A stretch of DNA of 64,000 bases from Bacillota bacterium (GTDB taxonomy: Bacteria > Bacillota > JAAYKD01). The notes under the pieces are model-generated. The model saw only the letters and a list, made by a program, of their open reading frames with translations. It had not been told where the DNA came from and searched no databases. The stretch's first letter is position 1. Every line of letters starts with the position of its first letter. Both the position numbers and the translations under genes were made by a program. Location: positions 480,001 through 544,000 of the forward strand of contig OY762825.2 of the NCBI GenBank assembly GCA_963666425.2, in the 5' to 3' direction. This document shows, piece by piece, positions 9,682 to 20,178 of this stretch.

Positions 9682-9729
9682 TATTACAGTATAAGTTATT
9701 TTAACAAGATTGTCAGCGCCCACTCTTCC

Positions 9730-10245
9730 CTAATACTTCCTCCAAACCATGCGATCGACAATGCCCGTGTAGCTCTGTATGATCTTGACAACCATGCTGC
9801 TCACATTCAAATCGGCATAATCCGGCACGGGAATGCCAAAATTGCCGTTCCGATTCATCTCTACTGCCGTATCCACCGCCTGCAAGACTTGCTCTATGGT
9901 AATACCGGCCAGAATGAAATTGCCTTTGTCCATTGCTTCCGGACGTTCGGTAGAAGTGCGGATGCAAACTGCCGGGAACGGTTTGCCAATGGCATTGAAG
10001 AAGCTTGCTTCTTCCGGTAGGGTGCCGCTATCGGAAACCACACAAAACGCATTCATCTGCAGATGGTTGTAATCGGAAAAGCCAAAAGGTTTGAGGCTGC
10101 GCACGTTGGCATGAAAAACAAACTGGCGCTGCTCAATAAACTTTACCGCCCACGGATGGCAGCTGTAGATCACCGGTATCTGATATTTCTTCGCCATGGC
10201 ATTGACCGCATTCATCAGCTGCAAGAAATTGGTTTCGGTTGACAG
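9730..10245 (-). pseudogene. wecB: 3' half of non-hydrolysing UDP-GlcNAc 2-epimerase (WecB/FnlC-like), copy 1
   Basis: YSCHP, VVSDSGTLPEE, RTSTERPEA motifs; N-terminal half missing. Confidence 0.85.
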
Positions 10246-10266
10246 ATCCGAAAAAAACATCGATCA

Positions 10267-11712
10267 TTACATTCCTTTTCTAAAGTTATTTGTTCCAAAT
10301 AACTTACTATATTGATCCAATGCATATTGATCTGTCATTCCTGCAATATAGTCGCATACTTTTCTGTTTATAAGTCGTATAAATTTAGGGTCTCTTTTCT
10401 CGTTATTCTGAAAAAGCAAGGCATTCAATTTGTTCCTGCAATCAAAGTCAACTTCTACTTTATTTCCAGAATAATCTTCGATAATTAACCGAATTGTATT
10501 GTCTGGAAGTAATTTAGGGTTTCTTACATAAGAAATGAACAATTGTTTGATTAAATAGTCAGCTTTTTCATCCATAATCTGTGCTGTTTCAGAGAATATT
10601 ACTCTCGAAGACAAGAATTTTTTAAATTCTTTATCTCTCTGAATAAAGTCATCGAAGTCTTCATCATTAATTTCATCAAAATCTTTGAACAATTTCAAAA
10701 TCTGATCTTTAGTAAATGACTCCGATTTACAGTCAAAATTCTTATGAAGGCTTTTAAATCTATAAGCAAAGTGCTTAGCATAAACAATTCTGTAAAACCC
10801 GATGAGAAACGAGGAAAGCCTTGAAAGAAAAGTAGATTTATCTGCTGCTATAACAGATGAGTTAATGCTACGGAGTAACTCAAGTTCTGATCGATTTGGA
10901 ATAGTGTACGAAGAAAAAAAATCATGAATTTTATCAATCATTTCTGATGGTGTCAACAGCCCTGCATAAAGGCCATCTTCAATATCGTGGTGCCGTTGAG
11001 CTATTTCATCAGCATATTGTACTACCATAGCTTCAAAAGTTCTACCTTCATTTACTGAAGCAATGAGTTCATCATATACACTTAGTTCTGTTAACCCATT
11101 TAAAGGACAGGTATCGAACTCATTTCGATTTAAACACTTATTCTCAAGTTCGCTATAAAAACCGCACTGTTTGTATTTTAGATCCGTGTGATTGGAAATA
11201 CCCCATAATGTATAGTTTGTAAGGTTCAAACCATCATACCGCGGAGTTATTTTTTCAAGCGTTTTCAAAACCCGTAAACCCTGCAAATTATGTTTAAATC
11301 CTGCACAGCAAGAAAAATCAGTAGGCATATTGTCAACTCGTATACAACCGTTCATGAACATATTTAGGGTTCTTTCTCCAACATGACCAAAGGGTGTATG
11401 ACCTACATCATGCCCCAAAGCAATAGCCTCCGCAAGATTTGAATTTAAACCTAAATTAGAGGACATTGCTTTAGAAATATGAGCCACTTCAAGAGTATGA
11501 GTTAAGCGTGTACGCATATTGTCGTCAAATCCCGCAACAAAGACTTGGGTTTTACCACTAAGTCTACGGAATTCTTTTGAATATAAAATTCTATCTCGGT
11601 CTTTTTTAAATTCATCACGTAAGGGATCCAAATCTTCTGCAAATTCTCTTTTTGCTAAGTTTGTTTTTGCACAGAACAGTTTACCCGAATTGAGTATTTC
11701 AGTGGAATTCAA
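10267..11712 (-). CDS. dgt: HD-superfamily dGTP triphosphohydrolase (dGTPase)
   Basis: FRRLSGKTQVF, RTRLTHTLEV, HDVGHTPFGH.GE, ADEIA, DYIAGMTDQYA. Confidence 0.92.
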   Translation of the reverse strand: MNSTEILNSGKLFCAKTNLAKREFAEDLDPLRDEFKKDRDRILYSKEFRRLSGKTQVFVAGFDDNMRTRLTHTLEVAHISKAMSSNLGLNSNLAEAIALGHDVGHTPFGHVGERTLNMFMNGCIRVDNMPTDFSCCAGFKHNLQGLRVLKTLEKITPRYDGLNLTNYTLWGISNHTDLKYKQCGFYSELENKCLNRNEFDTCPLNGLTELSVYDELIASVNEGRTFEAMVVQYADEIAQRHHDIEDGLYAGLLTPSEMIDKIHDFFSSYTIPNRSELELLRSINSSVIAADKSTFLSRLSSFLIGFYRIVYAKHFAYRFKSLHKNFDCKSESFTKDQILKLFKDFDEINDEDFDDFIQRDKEFKKFLSSRVIFSETAQIMDEKADYLIKQLFISYVRNPKLLPDNTIRLIIEDYSGNKVEVDFDCRNKLNALLFQNNEKRDPKFIRLINRKVCDYIAGMTDQYALDQYSKLFGTNNFRKGM

Positions 11713-11880
11713 AAAAACACCTCACTCATTGAATTTCGTAAGCACATATCAATATAAAACTATTTGCGTAAAAAAGCCTTACGTTTCCAGGCCTTTATTT
11801 ATTTTTTACTACTTGATCTTTGATATTGGGCTACACTGAGCATTCCGCTGTCTCCCCACGTGCCTCCCCGCTCTGCCCCC

Positions 11881-12351
11881 CTAATACTTCCTCCAAACCA
11901 TACGATCGACAATGCCCGTGTAGCTCTGTATGATCTTTACTACCTTGCTGCTCACATTCAAATCGGCATAATCCGGCACGGGGATGCCAAAATCGCCGTT
12001 CCGATTCATCTCCACTGCCGTATCCACCGCCTGCAAGACTTGTTCTGTGGTAATACCGGCCAGAATGAAATTGCCTTTATCCATCGCTTCCGGGCGTTCG
12101 GTAGAAGTGCGGATGCAAACTGCCGGGAACGGTTTGCCAATGGCATTGAAGAAGCTCGCTTCTTCCGGCAGGGTGCCACTATCGGAAACCACACAAAACG
12201 CATTCATCTGCAGATGGCTGTAATCCGAAAAGCCAAAGGGTTTGAGGCTGCGCACATTGGCATGAAAATGAAACTGGCGCTGCTCAATAAACTTTGCCAC
12301 CCGCGGATGGCAGCTGTAGATCACCGGCATCTGATATTTCTCTGCCATGGC
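11881..12351 (-). pseudogene. wecB: 3' half of UDP-GlcNAc 2-epimerase, copy 2
   Basis: Near-identical to 9730-10202. Confidence 0.85.
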
Positions 12352-12508
12352 ACTAACAACGCTTCTATGGGCTGGGCTCATGAAGTAGCATTCGAACCAA
12401 TAGTATTTATCTCAAAATTAACATCATCTATCTTGACTCATATTACATTTTATGGTAATATTATGTAGCTAGATGATGTTCTGAAATTATATAGAAAGGA
12501 GAAAAGCT

Positions 12509-12688
12509 ATGCTGAAACCTGGGAACAAAGCTCCGAAATCAGGTCAATATGGTATTGTTGGTCCACACGGCGGTAAAATTAACAAAGAAGTTACAGTGGT
12601 AAAAGGCGAGCCATTACCACCAACAGAAAAACCAGGTCAGGGTTATGTATTGAATGACCCAACAAATAACAAGTCAGGAAAACCATAA
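12509..12688 (+). CDS. YjzC-family small protein (59 aa, not in the ORF track)
   Basis: AAAGGAG RBS; MLKPGNKAPKSGQYGIVGPHGG...GEPLPPT..PGQGY. Confidence 0.8.
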   Translation: MLKPGNKAPKSGQYGIVGPHGGKINKEVTVVKGEPLPPTEKPGQGYVLNDPTNNKSGKP

Positions 12689-12788
12689 AATCAAACCAGG
12701 TTACGCTGCCAATATCTTTTGGCAGCCTTTTTTATAAATACAAATAAGAGATTAGGTCATATATGATCCGGATTTTTTCTCTTCATAC

Positions 12789-13397
12789 TTATTTTGGTAA
12801 ATTTGCGTGGAAGTGTTCGATAAATTTAATCTGAAGTTTCAAAGGGCATTCCTCTTCTTTGTATCCTTGATCATTAAGATATTCAAAAAAATCAGCATTG
12901 AAATCCATAAACAGATTTGTGATTTTCCTTGGACTCCATTTATTTGGGATATCCTCGTTTTCAATAAACCAACTTGTTACTATTTTGATTAATTGCTGTA
13001 CATCGTTGTTGTGATACTTAAGGTCAATGCCAGAAATATCAGAAATCGCTTTTTCGTGTTTGTATTTTTCTGCTCCCATAATCATGATTTTTTTCTGTTT
13101 ACCGCTCTCTGAATTCACAAAGTGCTTATAACCATAATCCAAGCCCAATTCAAAGGGCATATTTAACCTATAATACTCAAAGGGAGTAGTCGCTTGTATT
13201 CTGGATAAGTCATGTACGCTAATTCTTGCTTCATTAATTAAACCGGTTATATTCTCCATTCTACTTGTTCCAGCATCGGAATATTCAAGAGCAAGTCTGG
13301 GTACATAACCTAATGTAACAACAGTAAATATTAAACTTCTTAGTAGTTGAGCAAAATCTTTGTCATAAGGGCAATTAATGAATACATTCATATTCAT
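12789..13397 (-). CDS. Hypothetical protein, probable TIR / nucleoside-deoxyribosyltransferase-like fold
   Basis: VFINCPYD, HDLSR, NMPFELG, ISDISG motifs; fold assignment is inferred. Confidence 0.6.
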   Translation of the reverse strand: MNMNVFINCPYDKDFAQLLRSLIFTVVTLGYVPRLALEYSDAGTSRMENITGLINEARISVHDLSRIQATTPFEYYRLNMPFELGLDYGYKHFVNSESGKQKKIMIMGAEKYKHEKAISDISGIDLKYHNNDVQQLIKIVTSWFIENEDIPNKWSPRKITNLFMDFNADFFEYLNDQGYKEEECPLKLQIKFIEHFHANLPK

Positions 13398-13633
13398 TTT
13401 CTTGCCCCTTTCTTTGTACTACTATTTTTAGTATTCAAAGTTGATGAATCCGCTGACTCGATTCTTCCATCTATTGAATGTATATAAAGACTAACATTTT
13501 GATTCATCGCTATTTTTTTCCCATATACAGTTGCTTCACGCTTCGTATCGAATGTTCTAGATGCTTTAAGTGAACCTGCTTTTTTAACACTCCATTTACA
13601 TCCATTTGGAATGACGTGTTGCGCGTTCTTCAT
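13394..13633 (-). CDS. DUF2188-family protein
   Basis: QHVIP...WSVK..G..KAS..FDTK.EA....K.IA......LYIH..DGRI; GGAG RBS; overlaps the next gene (ATGA). Confidence 0.85.
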   Translation of the reverse strand: MKNAQHVIPNGCKWSVKKAGSLKASRTFDTKREATVYGKKIAMNQNVSLYIHSIDGRIESADSSTLNTKNSSTKKGARK

Positions 13634-13751
13634 ATGTTATCTCCTTCCTACAGGTATAATACAGCATTGGAAAGCAAAAAAGCACCATTCTTATTAATAT
13701 CTACTCCCTGCAATAATATCTGCTAAAATAAATTTACTTTTAATTATCGTT

Positions 13752-13853
13752 TCATGTGTTCGATGGAAGTGCTGATGCAAATTGCCGGGATCGGTTTGTC
13801 AATGAAGATAAAGAAACTTGCTTCCCCCCTGATAAGGTTCCGCTATCGAAAAC
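13752..13853 (-). pseudogene. Degenerate third wecB fragment
   Basis: GTTCGATGGAAGTGCTGATGCAAATTGCCGGGATCGGTTTG...CCGCTATCGAAAAC aligns with 9946-10038. Confidence 0.65.
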
Positions 13854-13893
13854 TATTTATAGTTGCTTTTTTCTGATATGCAAAACAACTTTC

Positions 13894-15378
13894 TTAATCT
13901 CTTCTAAATAAATCTCTCGTATATACTTTTTCACGCACATCATCCAAGCAACAGTCATATCGATTGGCGATGATGGAATTGCTCTGTTGCTTAAAAATCA
14001 GGAGATCGTTCACGACCTTGCTGCCGAAAAAAGTTGTACCATTCTCGAGTGACGGCTCATAGATAATGACCGTTGCACCTTTTGCTTTGATGCGCTTCAT
14101 AATTCCTTGAATCGAACTCTGGCGGAAATTATCGGAATTAGCCTTCATAGTCAAACGGTAGACGCCAATTATACAATTTTTTTCCTTATTTTTATCCCAA
14201 GCACTATTCGCCTCATAATATCCAGCAAGATGCAGCACACGGTCAGCAATAAAGTCTTTGCGGGTACGATTACTCTCCACAATCGCTCCAATCAGGTTCT
14301 CCGGCACATCGGTATAGTTTGCTAGCAGTTGCTTTGTATCTTTTGGCAGACAGTAACCGCCATAACCAAATGAGGGGTTATTGTAGTGAGTACCGATGCG
14401 TGGATCAAGGCACACTCCGTTGATGATCTGCTGCGTACTAAGACCTTTTATCTCCGCGTAAGTGTCCAGCTCGTTGAAGAAGCTGACACGCAGCGCAAGG
14501 TATGTATTGGCAAATAACTTGACCGCTTCTGCTTCAGTGAAGTTCATATACAGCGTGTCAATGTTTTCTTTGATCGCTCCCTCCTGCAGGAGGCTGGCAA
14601 AAGTATGAGCAACTTCCACTAATTGTTTGTCCTCCATATCCGTACCAACAATAATACGGCTTGGATACAAATTGTCATATAATGCTTTACTCTCGCGCAG
14701 GAACTCTGGGCTGAAGATGATGTTCTTACTGCCGGTTTTTTCACGTATATGTCTGGTATAACCCACTGGGATGGTGGATTTTATCACCATTATAGCATTC
14801 GGATTATGCTGCATTACCTGCATAATAACAGATTCCATAACGGAAGTATCGAAAAAATTCTTCTGACTATCATAATTTGTAGGTGCGGCAATTATTACAA
14901 AATCCGTATCTGAATAAGCTGCCTTTGCATCCAGGGTGGCAAACAGGTTCAGTTTTCTTGTCGCAAGATACTCTTCGATTTCCGTGTCCTGAATGGGAGA
15001 TTTTTTTTGATTGATCAAATTCACTTTCTCTGGAATAATATCAACAATTCTCACTTCGTTATGCTGTGCAAGCAAGACGGCAAGAGACAATCCTACATAT
15101 CCCGCACCGGCAACTGTTATGGTCATTTTCTTGTGTTCTCCCATCTTATTCTCAACTGAAATTTTCTCTTGCTCGAACAATTCATCTATATCAAAGCCAA
15201 GCACTTTACCCAGTTTCTCTAATTGTGAAATCGATGGAATATAGTCCATACGTTCTATACGGCCAATCATCGCTCGGTTGATACCTGTATACTCACTCAG
15301 CTGTTCCTGAGTATAACCTTTTGTATCACGTTTCATTTTCACAATTTTCCCCAGTGATTCTCGCGAAAAGCTCCTCAT
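13894..15378 (-). CDS. ugd: XRE HTH fused to UDP-glucose 6-dehydrogenase
   Basis: N-terminal [24 protein letters not shown]; then [24 protein letters not shown]. Confidence 0.93.
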   Translation of the reverse strand: MRSFSRESLGKIVKMKRDTKGYTQEQLSEYTGINRAMIGRIERMDYIPSISQLEKLGKVLGFDIDELFEQEKISVENKMGEHKKMTITVAGAGYVGLSLAVLLAQHNEVRIVDIIPEKVNLINQKKSPIQDTEIEEYLATRKLNLFATLDAKAAYSDTDFVIIAAPTNYDSQKNFFDTSVMESVIMQVMQHNPNAIMVIKSTIPVGYTRHIREKTGSKNIIFSPEFLRESKALYDNLYPSRIIVGTDMEDKQLVEVAHTFASLLQEGAIKENIDTLYMNFTEAEAVKLFANTYLALRVSFFNELDTYAEIKGLSTQQIINGVCLDPRIGTHYNNPSFGYGGYCLPKDTKQLLANYTDVPENLIGAIVESNRTRKDFIADRVLHLAGYYEANSAWDKNKEKNCIIGVYRLTMKANSDNFRQSSIQGIMKRIKAKGATVIIYEPSLENGTTFFGSKVVNDLLIFKQQSNSIIANRYDCCLDDVREKVYTRDLFRRD

Positions 15379-15520
15379 ATCAACACCCCTCATATGCTTC
15401 TTAAATTATCATATACAATACAGCAATGGTACGGTAAACGCCAACAAATGTCAATTAAATAAAATAATATTTACTCAAAATTAACTTATGCTGTTAAAAA
15501 TAACATCATCGGCAAAATAT

Positions 15521-15550
15521 AAGGGGTTTCCGAAATTGAAACCCCTTTTT
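15521..15550. terminator. Rho-independent terminator-like hairpin after the epimerase
   Basis: AAGGGGTTTC-CGAAATT-GAAACCCCTTTTTT. Confidence 0.6.
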
Positions 15551-15564
15551 TAGTTTTTTGTGAC

Positions 15565-16638
15565 TCAGACCTTGTAATACTCTTTATACCATTCCGCGAA
15601 TTTCCGGAGACCATCCCGAAGGGAAGTTGACGGCTTAAAACCAAAGTCTCGCTCAAGTGCACTTATATCCGCATAGGTTACAGGAACATCACCTGGTTGC
15701 ATGGGAACTAATTCTTTATGGGATTCAAAATCGTAATCCGCAGGCAGTACCTTTGCGCGTATCAGTTCCTGCTGTAGAATATCAACAAAATCGAGTAAGC
15801 TTTCAGGGTGATTATTACCGATATTGTAAACTCTATACGGTGGAAGCGGTAGTCCATCTTCACCATTGACCTTCTCCGGTGCACATTGCATCACTCGCTT
15901 TACACCTTCAACAATATCGTCCACATAAGTGAAATCACGCAAGCAATTGCCATAGTTGAAGATTTGGATAGTCTGACCATTCAGGAGCTTATTAGTAAAG
16001 CCAAAGTAGGCCATATCTGGGCGTCCAGCAGGACCATAAACCGTAAAGAAACGCAAGCCAGTGGATGGAATGTTGTAAAGTTTAGAATAGGCATGGGCAA
16101 ATAATTCATTGCTCTTCTTTGTAGCTGCATAGAGGGACATTGGATTATCAACCTTGTCATCTATGCTATACGGTACTTTCTTATTTGCACCATATACAGA
16201 TGAAGACGAGGCATAAATAAGATGCTCCACTGGATAAAGGCGGCATGCTTCCAAGATATTATAGAAGCCAAGAATGTTGGATTCGATATACACATCGGGA
16301 TGATCAATGGAGTAGCGAACACCAGCTTGAGCAGCAAGGTTGACGACAACATCAAAGTGGTATTTTTCGAATGTGGATGTGACGAGTTCCTTATCCGCTA
16401 AGTTGCCACGAATAAAAAACCAGGAGGTTTCCGAATGCTGCGCTGCAAGTTCCTCTATTTGGCGAAGCCGGTATTCTTTTAAAGATACATCATAGTAGTC
16501 ATTTACAGAATCGAAGCCAACGATGTTTATAGGAGTGACTGTTTTCAACAGTTCTGTGATAAAGTTTGATCCGATAAAACCAGCTGCGCCAGTAATTAGG
16601 ATTTTTTTGTTTTTGAGTTCAACATTAGTCTCAATCAT
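15565..16638 (-). CDS. NAD-dependent epimerase (UDP-glucuronate 4-epimerase-like)
   Basis: GAAGFIG, LAAQAGVRYS, YAATKK, RFFTVYGP.GRPDMA; the AAGGAG RBS favours ATG at 16638. Confidence 0.9.
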   Translation of the reverse strand: MIETNVELKNKKILITGAAGFIGSNFITELLKTVTPINIVGFDSVNDYYDVSLKEYRLRQIEELAAQHSETSWFFIRGNLADKELVTSTFEKYHFDVVVNLAAQAGVRYSIDHPDVYIESNILGFYNILEACRLYPVEHLIYASSSSVYGANKKVPYSIDDKVDNPMSLYAATKKSNELFAHAYSKLYNIPSTGLRFFTVYGPAGRPDMAYFGFTNKLLNGQTIQIFNYGNCLRDFTYVDDIVEGVKRVMQCAPEKVNGEDGLPLPPYRVYNIGNNHPESLLDFVDILQQELIRAKVLPADYDFESHKELVPMQPGDVPVTYADISALERDFGFKPSTSLRDGLRKFAEWYKEYYKV

Positions 16639-16693
16639 AAGTAACTCCTTTGACATTTTCAAAACTTTCTCCATACTATCTTGTGGCCACACC

Positions 16694-17745
16694 GTAACAG
16701 TCAAATAACACCCACGTAGTCAAACAAGTTGAGAAATGAGATAAATACCTTTTAAAGGAGGTGATGTCATGGAAATAGGAAAAGCACAGATATCCAAGAG
16801 ACACATGGAGCAAGAAAGGACCGAGCTGCTAAATTTGTATCTGTGCATCGGAATGTCAAAATATGATTACTCTGGAGTAGTTTAGTCACCGGTCCGCACC
16901 CTCTCACACTATGTGGCTGTTTGGCTCATGTCAGACGTAAGTTTAACAAAGCTCTGCAGTTTGCGCTGACAAAACAAATTCACCTGAAACAAAAAGGTGA
17001 AGCGTTTTGCAATACACTCTTTGAAAAAGAACGACTTACAACAAAAATGTCTGTCTCAGAGCGCTACGACCTGCGCCAGAAAGAATCAAAACCACTGACA
17101 GTGGAGTTTTTCGCGTGGGTTGCACAGCAGACAAGCAACAGTTTACCGCAGAGTCTCTTGGGTAAGGTGCTACCGATACTCAGAATCAGAAAAAAACATC
17201 TGCTCATCTTCTGAGTACTCCGGAGTAGTTTGAGCCATCGGACCGGAGCCCGCGAGCCACTGTACTGGTGGAATGAGTCCTTTGGAGTACAGACATAGTT
17301 TGGATTTAGTAGCTTAGGTCCAAGAATATGTCTTCTCCCCCGATGGCTTCGCCACACCGGAATATCCACCTTCCTAGCAGATGGCCGGCTTAAGCTATCC
17401 AACAATAGAGCGGAGCGAGCGATCAAGCCATTTGTAATTGGACGTAAAAACTGGTTGTTTTGAAACACACCCGCCAGTGCCAGATCTTTTGCTGCGATAC
17501 AGTATTGTAGAGACCGCAAAGGAAAATGATCTTATTCCGTATGCATATCTTGAGTATGTCTTCGAGATGATCTATCGGTATAAAACAGAACCGATAGAAT
17601 CGCTGCTGCAGTGGACAGTGGAAATTCCACTAAGCTGCAAATAGAAAAATTCTCCTTGAGTTAAAAATATCCATATTAGCAAGGGATGACTGTGCCCCTT
17701 CGGGTGGCTTTATTTTTTTCTTGGTGGGTGTTATTTTACGATTAT
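16694..17745 (+). mobile_element. Deleted IS66-family element containing IS21-like end fragments
   Basis: Terminal inverted repeats GTAACAGTCAAATAACACCC and GGGTGTTATTTTACGATTAT; TnpC fragments (CLAHVRRKF, SNNRAERAIKPFVIGRKNWLF, YSIVETAKEN). Confidence 0.85.
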
Positions 17746-17749
17746 GTTA

Positions 17750-18095
17750 TTTTTATCACGCGCTCAAACTGTACCGGTGTACTCACGCTTTTACATAACG
17801 TGTTTCAAACCTACCATCTTTCCGTTGTTGAATGTTGTTACCATTTCTCATTACCCCTCCAAAAGTTTTTTAGTGGTCATCTATTTTTCACTATTAGGTA
17901 GTTCGCTGCTCTCATTGTAAAAGTTAATTATCGCGTGTCATCTTTTACACTCGATTATATCTTCTGATGCTCCTATAAGTATCCTTATAAACTGTCAAAT
18001 AATCCTGATTTTTTGCGGATTTCTTCAGAAAATTTACGATTCACACTTTACTTTCCTCTAATGAATTCTTTTCTATTCAACAAATAATCTTTCTT
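17750..18095 (-). repeat. Diverged copy of 37085-37525 (upstream region and 5' end of the Int-N/PglD fusion gene)
   Basis: CAAACCTACCATCTTTCCGTTG...TTCTCATTACCCCTCCAA and CTTCTGAT...TTTACGATTCACACTTTAC blocks match 37.1 and 37.4 kb. Confidence 0.75.
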
Positions 18096-18578
18096 TTTGG
18101 CCTTTGACATATACTTCGTATGTGAAAAATCATTGTCATGTTTAGTTTTATATTCGTCTATTGTTTCAATTATTTTTGCAGGAATGCCTGCAACAATTGA
18201 ATTATCAGGTACATCTTTCGTCACAATTGCACCACAACCAACTATGCAATTGTTGCCAATTGTCACACCGGGCATTATTATTGCGTCCGTACCTATATGC
18301 ACATTGTTTTTTACCACAATCTTTCCAAATAAATCTACATCATTATAGCCATTATAGAGGTTTCTGATAACCCACGCACCTCCATCATGAGTAACAAACT
18401 TTACACCATAATTAACACGGACATGATCTCCGATTTCAACAAGATATGGTTCAGTACCGAAATCGCAACCTTGCATAAGAGTTGCATTTCCTTTAATGAT
18501 AAGTCCTTCCCTAACCCAATACGATAACGGATTAATTCTACGTAAATACATTTTGTATATTTTCTCAAATATGTTCAT
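18048..18578 (-). CDS. Hexapeptide-repeat (LbH) O-acyltransferase
   Basis: EPYLVEIGD, THDGG, IMPGVTIG...GAIVTKDVP...GIPAK. Confidence 0.9.
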   Translation of the reverse strand: MNIFEKIYKMYLRRINPLSYWVREGLIIKGNATLMQGCDFGTEPYLVEIGDHVRVNYGVKFVTHDGGAWVIRNLYNGYNDVDLFGKIVVKNNVHIGTDAIIMPGVTIGNNCIVGCGAIVTKDVPDNSIVAGIPAKIIETIDEYKTKHDNDFSHTKYMSKAKKKDYLLNRKEFIRGK

Positions 18579-18615
18579 ACTCTCATTTTCCTCCTTTATC
18601 TGTTAATTTCTATCT

Positions 18616-20136
18616 TTACCCCACCCAATTAAACAAATGTTTAATCTTAGTCAGCATAATACTTAATTCATATCTGTAAAAAACAAAATTAATAGCAAGC
18701 GTAATCGCTGAAATGAGAATAGTAAGCATACAAGCGTTAACAATCCAAGAAAAAGAGTCTTTTACCTCAATATAAGAAAGTCTTTGTAGCATAAATGAAA
18801 TTCCAATAGTCGCGAAACTTATCAAATACCTTTTTATTGCATACCAAAATTTATATGCTATCAGGTGCTTAGTCAAATAAATAATCAGATCTATGGTTCT
18901 ATAAACCATCCCCACCAAGGTTCCAACCGCAACACCTACGACTCCATACTTTTGCACCAACAATATAGATACTGCTATGTTAATTCCCGCCTCAATAAAC
19001 GCACCTTTTTGTGTTTCTCTGAAATGGCCTGCAGCATTCACAATCGATTGATATGGTTGACGCAAACAATAGAACATTTCAGCCAATAGTATAAAAACAG
19101 CAAAATCAAAGCGTAAATAATTAGCATCTTGTATACCGGCTGTGTACAGTTTCACAAAGGAAATAATAGTACATAATGCGACAGAAAAAAGAATGCTTGC
19201 CACGAAATGTACGATAAATATGTAAATACGCATTGTATCATCTAGTGTCTTTTTCTCACCCTTTGCAAGCATATCCCCCAATGCTGCTTGAAATGGGTTT
19301 GTTGTCATAGAAATAATGGCATTCAGTCCGTTAGTTATTACAGAATACACCGAATAAACCGACACTTCTTTTAGCGTCGAAAAAATCGTCAGCACAAAAA
19401 TATCCGTTTTCCTATGGACGAAATCTGCTAAAGAATAGCCAGCTCCTGCCCATCTCTGCTTAATGGCTGTATTATCAGCTTCTACATGATTATTAAGATG
19501 GTATTTTTTTACTGTATAAACTCTCAAAACTATCGGTTGAATAATAAATACTGTCGCGCTACTTGCTGTTACCAAATGAATTGAGCAACCAATATATATT
19601 AAAAAAGCTGAAAAAATGATATTTAGTATCGTCGCAATAAGTTGCGTGATGTCGTATACATATGCTCTCTGATCTGCAGTCACTAAAGAGCGATACGTAA
19701 AACCAAAAAGATACTGCGTGATAGTACTCGCGCCAATAATGGCAACTAGCGCTGCAGAATAAAAATAACTAAAACTGCTATTACCAAGAAGTGGATAGAC
19801 AATGGTTAATATGACGACATATACGAAACAAAGAATTGCTATTTTTCTAAAAAAGATTTCTGCTGCTTTGACAACACTACTTATCTGCTTATTATCTGAG
19901 TACGCTAATGGTTTATAAAGTGCAGCTCTTATAACACCACCAACTCCCATTTGTAGTAAGGAAGTATACCCCATAAATTGCGTTATCGAAGCAATTAATC
20001 CGTTTACCTCTGAACCGAATCTACTAAGGATTAGCCGTGGAATAACAAGCGCAGATACAATATTTACAATTGTCAAGACAAAGGCCACTAATGTTGACAC
20101 AAATGCTTTTTGACTTCTTGACAGCGACATTTTCAA
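18616..20136 (-). CDS. Polysaccharide flippase (Wzx-like)
   Basis: 506 aa, about 12-14 TM segments, within a glycosyltransferase cluster. Confidence 0.8.
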   Translation of the reverse strand: MKMSLSRSQKAFVSTLVAFVLTIVNIVSALVIPRLILSRFGSEVNGLIASITQFMGYTSLLQMGVGGVIRAALYKPLAYSDNKQISSVVKAAEIFFRKIAILCFVYVVILTIVYPLLGNSSFSYFYSAALVAIIGASTITQYLFGFTYRSLVTADQRAYVYDITQLIATILNIIFSAFLIYIGCSIHLVTASSATVFIIQPIVLRVYTVKKYHLNNHVEADNTAIKQRWAGAGYSLADFVHRKTDIFVLTIFSTLKEVSVYSVYSVITNGLNAIISMTTNPFQAALGDMLAKGEKKTLDDTMRIYIFIVHFVASILFSVALCTIISFVKLYTAGIQDANYLRFDFAVFILLAEMFYCLRQPYQSIVNAAGHFRETQKGAFIEAGINIAVSILLVQKYGVVGVAVGTLVGMVYRTIDLIIYLTKHLIAYKFWYAIKRYLISFATIGISFMLQRLSYIEVKDSFSWIVNACMLTILISAITLAINFVFYRYELSIMLTKIKHLFNWVG

Positions 20137-20178
20137 TTTCTCCGTTTCAACACTACGTTCTTTGGTTATAGATATATA

